Source: Octopus sinensis
Lineage: Eukaryota
Direction of reading: 5' to 3'
Assembly: GCF_006345805.1 (NCBI RefSeq)
Contig: NW_021836128.1
Span: 1 to 64,000, forward strand
DNA: 64,000 bases
The notes under the pieces were generated by a model. It ran no database searches. It was not told the DNA's origin and saw nothing but the letters and a program-made list of their open reading frames with translations. The stretch's first letter is position 1; every line of letters starts with the position of its first letter. This document shows positions 48,507 through 60,679 of this stretch, one piece after another. Made by a program: the position numbers and the translations under genes.

Positions 48507-49549
48507 TTATTATTATTATTTGCAACATACGTAGAATCATATTAGTTATAATTTTACTCGTGCAGCATTAAAAACAATCCTTTGAACCAGCCTTCTCCAA
48601 CCTCCTCTGTCGTGAGCGAGTTTCCTCAGCTCGTCCAGATCCTCACCACTCCTTAGCCTTTTCTTCACACATTTCAGGTCTCCGTCAAGTGTTTCCGGCA
48701 GCGTAACACGTGGACGTCCACGGAAGCTCGATCCCTCTTTCAGGAAGTAGCCCTCCATTGCTATGTTAGCTGGGGCAAGCATGTCCATTCGTAGAATATG
48801 GCCAAATAACCTCCACCGCATATTGACGATTTCCACACTCAGAGGGCCAGTTCTGCATCTATTGTATAGCGATTCCTGGTTGATTCTTATAGGCCAGTTC
48901 AATCCCAGTAGGGATCTAAGTTGCCTGCGGTGAAAAGAATCGAGTCCACGTTGTTCAGTACTAGACATTCCCCAGGTCGCCGAATTATATGTCAGGATTG
49001 GTTTGACAAAGGCTTCATACATCCTCAGACGAAGTGACGTACAGAGTCGTCGTTTGCCGATCCACTCTTTCTTTATCTTGTTCATCGTGGCCCAAGCGAG
49101 AGCCTTTCTTCTGACAATATCATGGCCGTCCCCAAGTAGAGAACCGAGTTTGTTCGTTTTGCGCCAGGCTTCACTTGAGCTGCTCTCCATCCTCATGATT
49201 TCAAAGATGTCGGTTTTTCCAACGTTCATTTTAAGGAACCATCTGTTCAGCTCAGCAGGTGCCACTTCAAGGAGTCGAAGTAAGGCCGATTTGTCGTCTG
49301 ACACGAAGTCGACGTCATCTGCATATACAATTTCGACGATATTGCCAGCATAGAATTTTCGAAGGTCTCGTAGTGCCGTCTCCAGATAGATCACGAATAG
49401 CAACGGCGAGAGGGCGTCTCCCTGAGGGGTACCGACGTTGCACGTGAATTCACGGGAAAACGCCGTGCCGACCCGCACCTTGAGCTTTGTGTTCGATAGT
49501 AGTACTCTTATCATATTGACAGAGTCAGGATCCAGGAATTGTTCCAGTA
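48507..49549 (-). mobile_element. 5'-truncated RTE-like element nested in Helitron unit 3
   Basis: Near-identical to 2060-3100; (TAA)n tail; 12-bp TSD TTTGTAGTATTA (48495-48506 / 49550-49561). Empty site in units 1, 2 and the 1-kb copy. Confidence 0.92.
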
Positions 49550-49901
49550 TTTGTAGTATTATAAGGAAAAAAATTAAAGCCTGTTAAATCAAGGAGATTT
49601 AAATATAGGCAAATTGAAATTTACATGACTAATTTAAATGTTATTTGCCTCTATCTTTTAAGAAATCTAAACAGTAGCATAATCGAATTTGTCAGTTTCG
49701 GCAGTTAAAAAGAATCAATTATGTAAATCTCTAATAATTTTTGCTTTTTCCTTTTTAGTGGTTTTCAAAATCTGATAATTGCACAGTCTATTCATGGTCG
49801 ATAACAATTAGAGCTTTTATTTTATTTTTTTAACGAAAATTTAACAAAAAAGAATTTATGTCATCGAAAAAAGATAGCTAAGCTAATTAATGGCCTCACG
49901 A

Positions 49902-52018
49902 GGCTTGAAGGTTGTGGAGGACCTCATCATGTGAGTCGAGGACTTTCTTGTCGTTCATTTTAACAAAAACGCAGAAAATATTTTTTTTAATTTTTGGCCT
50001 TGAAGGTTTTGGGGGACCACATCATGTGAGTTGAGGACTTTCTTGTTGTTCATTTAACAAAAACGCAGAAAATAATTTTTTTTAAATTTTTTGGCTTGAA
50101 GGTTTTGAGGGACCACATCATGTGAGTCGAGGACTTTCTTGTTGTTCATTTTAACAAAAACGCATAAAATAATTTTTTTTAATTTTTTGGCTTGAAGGTT
50201 TTGAGGGACCACATCATGTGAGTCGAGGACTTTCTTGTTGTTCATTTTAACAAAAACGCAGAAAATAATTTTTTTTAATTTTTTGGCTTGAAGGTTTTGG
50301 GGGACCACATCATGTGAGTCGAGGACTTTCTTGTTGTTTATTTTAACAAAAACGCAGAAAATAATTTTTTTAATTTTTTGGCTTGAAAGTTTTGGGGGAC
50401 CACATCATGTGAGTCGAGGACTTTCTTGTTGTTCATTTTAACAAAAACGCAGAAAATAATTTTTTTAATTTTTACCTTGAAGGTTTTGGCGGACCACATC
50501 ATGTGAGTCGAGGACTTTCTTTTGTTCATTTTAACAAAAACGCAGAAAATAATTTTTTTAATTTTTTACCTTGAAGGTTTTGGGGGACCACATCATGTGA
50601 GTCGAGGACTTTCTTGTTGTTCATTTTAACAAAAACGCAGAAATTAATTTTTTTAATTTTTTAGCTTGAAGGTTTTGGGGGACCACATCATGTGAGTCGA
50701 GGACTTTCTTGTTGTTCATTTTAACAAAAACGCAGAAAATAATTTTTTTAATTTTTTACCTTGAAGGTTTTGGGGGACCACATCATGTGAGTCGAGGACT
50801 TTCTTGTTGTTCATTTTAACAAAAACGCAGAAAATAATTTGTTTAATTTTTTATCTTGAAGGTTTTGGGGGACCACATCATGTGAGTCGAGGACTTTCTT
50901 GTTGTTCATTTTAACAAAAACGCAGAAAATAATTTTTTTAATTTTTTACCTTGAAGGTTTTGGGGGACCACATCATGTGAGTCGAGGACTTTCTTGTTGT
51001 TCATTTTAACAAAAACGCAGAAATTAATTTTTTTAATTTTTTAGCTTGAAGGTTTTGGGGGACCACATCATGTGAGTCGAGGACTTTCTTGTTGTTCATT
51101 TTAACAAAAACGCAGAAAATAATTTTTTTTAATTTTTTGGCTTGAAGGTTTTGGGGGACCACATCATGTGAGTCGAGGACTTTCTTGTTGTTCATTTTAA
51201 CAAAAACGCAGAAAATAATTTTTTTAATTTTTTAGCTTGAAGGTTTTGGGGGACCACATCATGTGATTCGAGGACTTTCTTGTTGTTCATTTTAACAAAA
51301 ACGCAGAAAATAATTTTTTTTAATTTTTTGGCTTGAAGGTTTTGGGGAAACACATCATGTGAGTCGAGGACTTTCTTGTTGTTCATTTTAACAAAAACGC
51401 AGAAAATAATTTTTTTTAATTTTTTGGCTTGAAGGTTTTGGGGGACCACATCATGTGAGTCGAGGACTTTCTTGTTGTTCATTTTAACAAAAACGCAGAA
51501 AATAATTTTTTTTAATTTTTTGGCTTGAAGGTTTTGGGGGACCACATCATGTGAGTCGAGGACTTTCTTGTTGTTCATTTTAACAAAAACGCAGAAAATA
51601 ATTTTTTTAATTTTTTGGCTTGAAGGTTTTGGGGGACCACATCATGTGAGTCGAGGACTTTCTTGTTGTTCATTTTAACAAAAACGCAGAAAATAATTTT
51701 TTTTAATTTTTTGGCTTGAAGGTTTTGGGGGACCACATCATGTGAGTCGAGGACTTTCTTGTTGTTCATTTTAACAAAAACGCAGAAAATAATTTTTTTT
51801 AATTTTTTGGCTTGAAGGTTTTGGGGGACCACATCATGTGAGTCGAGGACTTTCTTGTTGTTCATTTTAACAAAAACGCAGAAAATAATTTTTTTTAATT
51901 TTTTGGCTTGAAGGTTTTGGGGGACCACATCATGTGAGTCGAGGACTTTCTTGTTGTTCATTTTAACAAAAACGCAGAAAATTGACTTGAAGGTTTTGGG
52001 GGACCTCATCATCGAGGA
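49902..52018. repeat. 96-bp tandem repeat inside Helitron unit 3 (~22 copies)
   Basis: Monomer AAGGTTTTGGGGGACCACATCATGTGAGTCGAGGACTTTCTTGTTGTTCATTTTAACAAAAACGCAGAAAATAATTTTTTTTAATTTTTTGGCTTG. Confidence 0.97.
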
Positions 52019-52219
52019 TATTCTTTCTTATTAAAATTTTTTGACAGGAAGGTTCTTAGAGGATATCAACCTTTTATTGTGCCTCATTATCGAATAACTA
52101 CAAAAGGGAAGGTTTTGACAATTTGATCTGGTTTGTAACAATTTGAATGTGGGTGTGCACAGACAGACAGACAGATACACAGACAGACAGACACACACCA
52201 TACCATTTTATTATTAAGA

Positions 52220-55200
52220 TTTCTCTTCTACCTACCCTTGAGCACCCCACATACAGCTGGCCATGTGAAAAGCACTCGTTCTCTAAAAATAAGCCTACTA
52301 CCTTTAAAGACTGTCCCTGGGCCTTGTTTATTGTCATAGCAAAACTTATCTTCAGCGGAAATTGTAGTCTCTTAAATCTATCGCAGGCCCTTTCATGGTC
52401 CATAATAACGTCGACCGATTTATATATTCTTTCTCTGCCAGGGATTTTCATTAATAAATCTAAATTTATATTAAGTACCTCATCATTAAGTGGAGCTAAT
52501 ATAGCTCGTTCACGCAGCCAGTCGAAATTCACGTAGTGTTCAGATAGTTCGGAATAGACGGCATTCAATAATTCTTCTGCTGTTTCTACGAAAATACATA
52601 ATTCTTCCAGTAGCCTAATTTTCTGGTCGTGCATTTCTGAAGTGATTGCCCCATTTCCAATATCTAGAAGGATTTGTGGGAATATGCTATTAACGCCTTG
52701 TAAATGTGCATGTACATTTACATCTAAGCTTACCTTTTTCACGTGTGTCCACAAATATGACGATTTGAGGCAGGCATTCAATTCATCCGCAGGCGTCCCT
52801 CTTTGAATAATTGGCAGCGTCTGTCTAAAATCACCTGCCAATACAACTAATGCTCCCCCAAACAAATGGTCGCTACAATTCTTGATATCTCTATATGTTC
52901 GGTCAACTGCTTGAATGCGCCTTTATGAGCCATCGTACATTCATCCCAAACAATTAACCTAGAATGCATAATTCTATTACCCGTAGTTGAGTCTAACAGC
53001 AGTCCTGACCTTGTTCAGCTGTTGTCTAAGTTCCCTCACCATTTAAGCACATCTTCCCTCGTTTCTCTTTTTTTGTTATATGGTTCATATTCTCTTGTTT
53101 GTTAACATTCTCAGATCTCTCTTTATAGGACATTCTTATGATTTTGTAAACGCGAATCAGTAATTTATATTAAATTTTCTACGTAAATTTATTTAGTGAA
53201 ATTTATGTAAAGTGTATTATCCAATCAAAGCCATTATACTTAATTGCCTCTATGTTTAAAGGAATTGAAACTTTAGCATAATCGAACTTGTCTGTTTCGG
53301 TAAAGAAAATGATAATCAGCTTCATCTTTGTAGTATTATAAGGAAAAAAATTAAAGCCTGTTAAATCAAGGAGATTTAAATATAGGCAAATTGAAATTTA
53401 CATGACTAATTTAAATTTTATTTGCCTCTATCTTTTAAGAAATCTAAACAGTAGCATAATCGAATTTGTCAGTTTCGGCAGTTAAAAAGAATCAATTATG
53501 TAAATCTCTAATAATTTTTGCTTTTTCCTTTTTAGTGGTTTTCAAAATCTGATAATTGCACAGTCTATTCATGGTCGATAACAATTAGAGCTTTTATTTT
53601 ATTTTTTTAACGAAAATTTAACAAAAAAGAATTTATGTCATCGAAAAAAGATAGCTAAGCTAATTAATGGCCTCACGAGGCTTGAAGGTTGTGGAGGACC
53701 TCATCATGTGAGTCGAGGACTTTCTTGTCGTTCATTTTAACAAAAACGCAGAAAATATTTTTTTTTAATTTTTGGCCTTGAAGGTTTTGGGGGACCACAT
53801 CATGTGAGTCGAGGACTTTCTTGTTGTTCATTTAACAAAAACGCAGAAAAAATTTTTTTTAAATTTTTTGGCTTGAAGGTTTTGAGGGACCACATCATGT
53901 GAGTCGAGGACTTTCTTGTTGTTCATTTTAACAAAAACGCAGAAAATAATTTTTTTTAATTTTTTGGCTTGAAGGTTTTGGGGACCACATCATGTGAGTC
54001 GAGGACTTTCTTGTTGTTTATTTTAACAAAAACGCAGAAAATAATTTTTTTAATTTTTTGGCTTGAAAGTTTTGGGGGACCACATCATGTGAGTCGAGGA
54101 CTTTCTTGTTGTTCATTTTAACAAAAACGCAGAAAATAATTTTTTTTAATTTTTTGGCTTGAAGGTTTTGGGGGACCACATCATGTGAGTCGAGGACTTT
54201 CTTGTTGTTCATTTTAACAAAAACGCAGAAAATAATTTTTTTAATTTTTTAGCTTGAAGGTTTTGGGGGACCACATCATGTGAGTCGAGGACTTTCTTGT
54301 TGTTCATTTTAACAAAAACGCAGAAAATAATTTTTTTTAATTTTTTGGCTTGAAGGTTTTGGGGGACCACATCATGTGAGTCGAGAACTTTCTTGTTGTT
54401 CATTTTAACAAAAACGCAGAAAATAATTTTTTTTAATTTTTTGGCTTGAAGGTTTTGGGGGACCACATCATGTGAGTCGAGGACTTTCTTGTTGGTCATT
54501 TTAACAAAAACGCAGAAAATAATTTTTTTAATTTTTTAGCTTGAAGGTTTTGGGGGACCACATCATGTGAGTCGAGGACTTTCTTGTTGTTCATTTTAAC
54601 AAAAACGCAGAAAATAATTTTTTTTAATTTTTTGGCTTGAAGGTTTTGGGGGACCACATCATGTGAGTCGAGGACTTTCTTGTTGTTCATTTTAACAAAA
54701 ACGCAGAAAATAATTTTTTTTAATTTTTTGGCTTGAAGGTTTTGGGGGACCACATCATGTGAGTCGAGGACTTTCTTGTTGTTCATTTTAACAAAAACGC
54801 AGAAAATAATTTTTTTTAATTTTTTGGCTTGAAGGTTTTGGGGGACCACATCATGTGAGTCGAGGACTTTCTTGTTGTTCATTTTAACAAAAACGCAGAA
54901 AATAATTTTTTTTAATTTTTTGGCTTGAAGGTTTTGGGGGACCACATCATGTGAGTCGAGGACTTTCTTGTTGGTCATTTTAACAAAAACGCAGAAAATA
55001 ATTTTTTTAATTTTTTAGCTTGAAGGTTTTGGGGGACCACATCATGTGAGTCGAGGACTTTCTTGTTGTTCATTTTAACAAAAACGCAGAAAATAATTTT
55101 TTTTAATTTTTTGGCTTGAAGGTTTTGGGGGACCACATCATGTGAGTCGAGGACTTTCTTGTTGTTCATTTTAACAAAAAACGCAGAAATTAATTTTTTT

Positions 55201-55523
55201 AATTTTTTAGCTTGAAGGTTTTGGGGGACCACATCATGTGAGTCGAGGACTTTCTTGTTGTTCATTTTAACAAAAACGCAGAAAATTGACTTGAAGGTTT
55301 TGGGGGACCTCATCATCGAGGATATTCTTTCTTATTAAAATTTTTTGACAGGAAGGTTCTTAGAGGATATCAACCTTTTATTGTGCCTCATTATCGAATA
55401 ACTACAAAAGGGAAGGTTTTGACAATTTGATCTGGTTTGTAACAATTTGAATGTGGGTGTGCACAGACAGACAGACAGATACACAGACAGACAGACACAC
55501 ACCATACCATTTTATTATTAAGA
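52220..55523 (-). mobile_element. Helitron array unit 2 (3'-truncated)
   Basis: 5' TC at 55523; ends at ...GTAGAAGAGAAA inside the helicase remnant and joins directly to the next TC. Confidence 0.9.
53679..55322. repeat. 96-bp tandem repeat inside Helitron unit 2 (~17 copies)
   Basis: Same monomer and same degenerate border monomers as the other arrays. Confidence 0.97.
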
Positions 55524-58500
55524 TTTCTCTTCTACCTACCCTTGAGCACCCCACATACAGCTGGCCATGTGAAAAGCACTCGTTCTCTAAAAATAAGCCT
55601 ACTACCTTTAAAGACTGTCCCTGGGCCTTGTTTATTGTCATAGCAAAACTTATCTTCAGCGGAAATTGTAGTCTCTTAAATCTATCGCAGGCCCTTTCAT
55701 GGTCCATAATAACGTCGACCGATTTATATATTCTTTCTCTGCCAGGGATTTTCATTAATAAATCTAAATTTATATTAAGTACCTCATCATTAAGTGGAGC
55801 TAATATAGCTCGTTCACGCAGCCAGTCGAAATTCACGTAGTGTTCAGATAGTTCGGAATAGACGGCATTCAATAATTCTTCTGCTGTTTCTACGAAAATA
55901 CATAATTCTTCCAGTAGCCTAATTTTCTGGTCGTGCATTTCTGAAGTGATTGCCCCATTTCCAATATCTAGAAGGATTTGTGGGAATATGCTATTAACGC
56001 CTTGTAAATGTGCATGTACATTTACATCTAAGCTTACCTTTTTCACGTGTGTCCACAAATATGACGATTTGAGGCAGGCATTCAATTCATCCGCAGGCGT
56101 CCCTCTTTGAATAATTGGCAGCGTCTGTCTAAAATCACCTGCCAATACAACTAATGCTCCCCCAAACAAATGGTCGCTACAATTCTTGATATCTCTATAT
56201 GTTCGGTCAACTGCTTGAATGCGCCTTTATGAGCCATCGTACATTCATCCCAAACAATTAACCTAGAATGCATAATTCTATTACCCGTAGTTGAGTCTAA
56301 CAGCAGTCCTGACCTTGTTCAGCTGTTGTCTAAGTTCCCTCACCATTTAAGCACATCTTCCCTCGTTTCTCTTTTTTGTTATATGGTTCATATTCTCTTG
56401 TTTGTTAACATTCTCAGATCTCTCTTTATAGGACATTCTTATGATTTTGTAAACGCGAATCAGTAATTTATATTAAATTTTCTACGTAAATTTATTTAGT
56501 GAAATTTATGTAAAGTGTATTATCCAATCAAAGCCATTATACTTAATTGCCTCTATGTTTAAAGGAATTGAAACTTTAGCATAATCGAACTTGTCTGTTT
56601 CGGTAAAGAAAATGATAATCAGCTTCATCTTTGTAGTATTATAAGGAAAAAAATTAAAGCCTGTTAAATCAAGGAGATTTAAATATAGGCAAATTGAAAT
56701 TTACATGACTAATTTAAATTTATTTGCCTCTATCTTTTAAGAAATCTAAACAGTAGCATAATCGAATTTGTCAGTTTCGGCAGTTAAAAAGAATCAATTA
56801 TGTAAATCTCTAATAATTTTTGCTTTTTCCTTTTTAGTGGTTTTCAAAATCTGATAATTGCACAGTCTATTCATGGTCGATAACAATTAGAGCTTTTATT
56901 TTATTTTTTTAACGAAAATTTAACAAAAAAGAATTTATGTCATCGAAAAAAGATAGCTAAGCTAATTAATGGCCTCACGAGGCTTGAAGGTTGTGGAGGA
57001 CCTCATCATGTGAGTCGAGGACTTTCTTGTCGTTCATTTTAACAAAAACGCAGAAAATATTTTTTTTTAATTTTTGGCCTTGAAGGTTTTGGGGGACCAC
57101 ATCATGTGAGTCGAGGACTTTCTTGTTGTTCATTTAACAAAAACGCAGAAAAAAATTTTTTTTAAATTTTTTGGCTTGAAGGTTTTGAGGGACCACATCA
57201 TGTGAGTCGAGGACTTTCTTGTTGTTCATTTTAACAAAAACGCAGAAAATAATTTTTTTTAATTTTTTGGCTTGAAGGTTTTGGGGGACCACATCATGTG
57301 AGTCGAGGACTTTCTTGTTGTTCATTTTAACAAAAACGCAGAAAATAATTTTTTTAATTTTTTAGCTTGAAGGTTTTGGGGGACCACATCATGTGAGTCG
57401 AGGACTTTCTTGTTGTTCATTTTAACAAAAACGCAGAAAATAATTTTTTTTAATTTTTTGGCTTGAAGGTTTTGGGGGACCACATCATGTGAGTCGAGGA
57501 CTTTCTTGTTGTTCATTTTAACAAAAACGCAGAAAATAATTTTTTTAATTTTTGGCTTGAAGGTTTTGGGGGACCACATCATGTGAGTCGAGGACTTTCT
57601 TGTTGGTCATTTTAACAAAAACGCAGAAAATAATTTTTTTAATTTTTTAGCTTGAAGGTTTTGGGGGACCACATCATGTGAGTCGAGGACTTTCTTGTTG
57701 TTCATTTTAACAAAAACGCAGAAAATAATTTTTTTAATTTTTGGCTTGAAGGTTTTGGGGGACCACATCATGTGAGTCGAGGACTTTCTTGTTGTTCATT
57801 TTAACAAAAACGCAGAAAATAATTTTTTTTAATTTTTTGGCTTGAAGGTTTTGGGGGACCACATCATGTGAGTCGAGGACTTTCTTGTTGTTCATTTTAA
57901 CAAAAACGCAGAAAATAATTTTTTTTAATTTTTTGGCTTGAAGGTTTTGGGGGACCACATCATGTGAGTCGAGGACTTTCTTGTTGTTCATTTTAACAAA
58001 AACGCAGAAAATAATTTTTTTTAATTTTTTGGCTTGAAGGTTTTGGGGGACCACATCATGTGAGTCGAGGACTTTCTTGTTGGTCATTTTAACAAAAACG
58101 CAGAAAATAATTTTTTTAATTTTTTAGCTTGAAGGTTTTGGGGGACCACATCATGTGAGTCGAGGACTTTCTTGTTGTTCATTTTAACAAAAACGCAGAA
58201 AATAATTTTTTTAATTTTTTGGCTTGAAGGTTTTGGGGGACCACATCATGTGAGTCGAGGACTTTCTTGTTGTTCATTTTAACAAAAACGCAGAAAATAA
58301 TTTTTTTAATTTTTTGGCTTGAAGGTTTTGGGGGACCACATCATGTGAGTCGAGGACTTTCTTGTTGTTCATTTTAACAAAAACGCAGAAAATAATTTTT
58401 TTAATTTTTTGGCTTGAAGGTTTTGGGGGACCACATCATGTGAGTCGAGGACTTTCTTGTTGTTCATTTTAACAAAAACGCAGAAAATAATTTTTTTTAA

Positions 58501-59093
58501 TTTTTTGGCTTGAAGGTTTTGGGGGACCACATCATGTGAGTCGAGGACTTTCTTGTTGTTCATTTTAACAAAAACGCAGAAAATAATTTTTTTTAATTTT
58601 TTGGCTTGAAGGTTTTGGGGGACCACATCATGTGAGTCGAGGACTTTCTTGTTGTTCATTTTAACAAAAACGCAGAAAATAATTTTTTTTAATTTTTTGG
58701 CTTGAAGGTTTTGGGGGACCACATCATGTGAGTCGAGGACTTTCTTGTTGTTCATTTTAACAAAAACGCAGAAAATAATTTTTTTTAATTTTTTGGCTTG
58801 AAGGTTTTGGGGGACCACATCATGTGAGTCGAGGACTTTCTTGTTGTTCATTTTAACAAAAACGCAGAAAATTGACTTGAAGGTTTTGGGGGACCTCATC
58901 ATCGAGGATATTCTTTCTTATTAAAATTTTTTGACAGGAAGGTTCTTAGAGGATATCAACCTTTTATTGTGCCTCATTATCGAATAACTACAAAAGGGAA
59001 GGTTTTGACAATTTGATCTGGTTTGTAACAATTTGAATGTGGGTGTGCACAGACAGACAGACAGACACACACCATACCATTTTATTATTAAAA
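55524..59093 (-). mobile_element. Helitron array unit 1 (3'-truncated; 5' terminus reads TT instead of TC)
   Basis: Same organisation as unit 2, truncated at the same nucleotide; shorter (GTCT)n tract. Confidence 0.9.
56981..58908. repeat. 96-bp tandem repeat inside Helitron unit 1 (~20 copies)
   Basis: Same monomer as the other arrays. Confidence 0.97.
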
Positions 59094-59136
59094 TTAACTG
59101 GATTGTCCAGATGGAATTCACTTTTCTTATAAATTC

Positions 59137-59140
<4 letters not shown>

Positions 59141-59172
<32 letters not shown>

Positions 59173-59810
59173 ACGCTAATTTAATCAATATAATTAATAG
59201 AGAATTAATGTCGTGAACTTGAGGGTTAGTCCGACGACGAAGCACTTCGGATAGAGAGGCAGTTCCCGCGAAGAATTGCAACCGAGATGCGCTGGAAAAG
59301 CCAGCTCGTCTCCCTCCGGTCATTTGTATTCTGTGAGATTCTTCCTCCCACAACCCGTAACAGATTTTCTACCTTCTTTCCAACCACACCGGAGGTCTCA
59401 AAGGCTAGGGGGACAAACTCAACGACGTTCGGAAGCACAGCGTACTTCGTCAACTTCCTTTCTTCTGCCAGCGCACATGCGTAGCCTGGTGTACTGGCTG
59501 TTCCTGTAAGCACAGTATCTGAAAAGGAGTCGACGCAAGTTACATCCCAAACAAGAGACCTTCCTCCTCTAAAGGGGAATATAGTCATCCCGTCAGGACG
59601 CTTTCCGTCACTGCGGCAGAGCCCAATAGGTTCAAGGGTCGATGGGAATCCCGCAGAATCCAAAGCCCTTTTCACCACTTCATTGAGGAGGACGTGGCGG
59701 GGAAATCGGCCAGCACTCCTCCTACAGGACAATGCGTGTAAACCGTTCGAAGGAATCAAAAAACCACAGCGACAACGGTGAGGTTGGCAGATTTCAAGTC
59801 CAAGTCGAAG
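59141..59810 (-). mobile_element. 5'-truncated CRE-like retroelement with 30-nt poly(A)
   Basis: LRLGLEICQPHRCRCG..GLHALSC..RH, GKRPDG..WD, QRISVAILRGN; poly(T) on the plus strand at 59141-59170. Confidence 0.9.
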
Positions 59811-59947
59811 CCAAAAAATTAAAAAAAATTATTTTCTTCGTTTTTGTTAAAATGAACAACAAGAAAGTCCTCGACTCACATGATGTGGTCCCCCAAAACC
59901 TTCAAGCCAAAAAATTAAAAAAAATTATTTTCTGCGTTTTTGTTAAA
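59808..59947. repeat. Isolated ~1.5 monomers of the 96-bp repeat, inverted relative to the arrays and fused to the CRE 5' end
   Basis: Reverse complement of the monomer; junction microhomology CTT. Confidence 0.9.
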
Positions 59948-59974
59948 TTAGAATAATAATTAGGATTTAGTTGC

Positions 59975-60600
59975 CTTGTCGGACTGACCTCTCAGTAAAA
60001 TCGTAATAGTTGTCAGTATCTGCAGGATAATCCATATATCTGTAATGTGAATTACCAGAACGACACTAAATGAGTCAGTAAATCATATAATTTTGATTTA
60101 TATCAGCGAATTGCCCCTGAGGATGAGGGACCGATCATTAATCAATTTTGTTACTACGATGACGTTATCGAACAAAAATTTGATAGATACGTATATCCAC
60201 GAATACTCCTTCTGGAGCTGTAGAACATCTAGAATTTGTTCAATTTGTCCAAATGTTTCTTTCTGGGTATCGTTTACATTCTCTTCATCAAATTGGTCGT
60301 CCATTGCTCGATCGAGTGTACGACCAACTACATGAGGACTGTCGACAAAAACTTATTTCATTAAACTCCTGTTTAAATGACAAAAATCAGATACTGTATG
60401 TAAGTCCAAGTTTCGTCTTCAGCTTTTCAATGTAGTTCTTGAAAAACTTGAAATGAACCCGTCTCATTTATTGCATTTTTGAACTTCGGACTGCTTCAGG
60501 TGGTCCTGGGAAGTGACTTCCACTTTGATGATAATAATTTTTTTATTTTGTCATACACGAATAGGCTTGTTACACCGAATTCTCATAATTCAACATTTTT
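59975..60600 (-). other. Unidentified gene fragment with short introns
   Basis: Exon-like IGRTLDRAMDDQFDEE..QKEYSWIY flanked by 25-37 nt GT-AG segments; family not recognised. Confidence 0.3.
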
Positions 60601-60679
60601 TGTCGATAGGATTGACTAGGCTGAGTACAAAGGCAATTTCAAATTCAGACAATGATAAATGTTTGTAAAAAATGTGGAA

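Larger units (their letters stand above)
47195..52219 (-). mobile_element. Helitron array unit 3 (the only unit with an intact 3' CTAG end)
   Basis: 5' A|TCTTAATAATAAAATGG + (GTCT)n at 52219; 96-bp repeat array; PIF1 remnant ORF 47329-48033; CTAG|T end at 47195. Confidence 0.92.

Noticed and set aside
50054-58902. Repetitive ORFs (MNNKKVLDSHDVV...) as annotated protein-coding genes
   Set aside because: They are translations of the satellite, with frames broken by homopolymer-length variation. Kept only as a low-interest finding.
49902-58908. 96-bp array as a CRISPR array
   Set aside because: Monomers are contiguous and near-identical with no unique spacers, there are no cas genes, and the context is eukaryotic.
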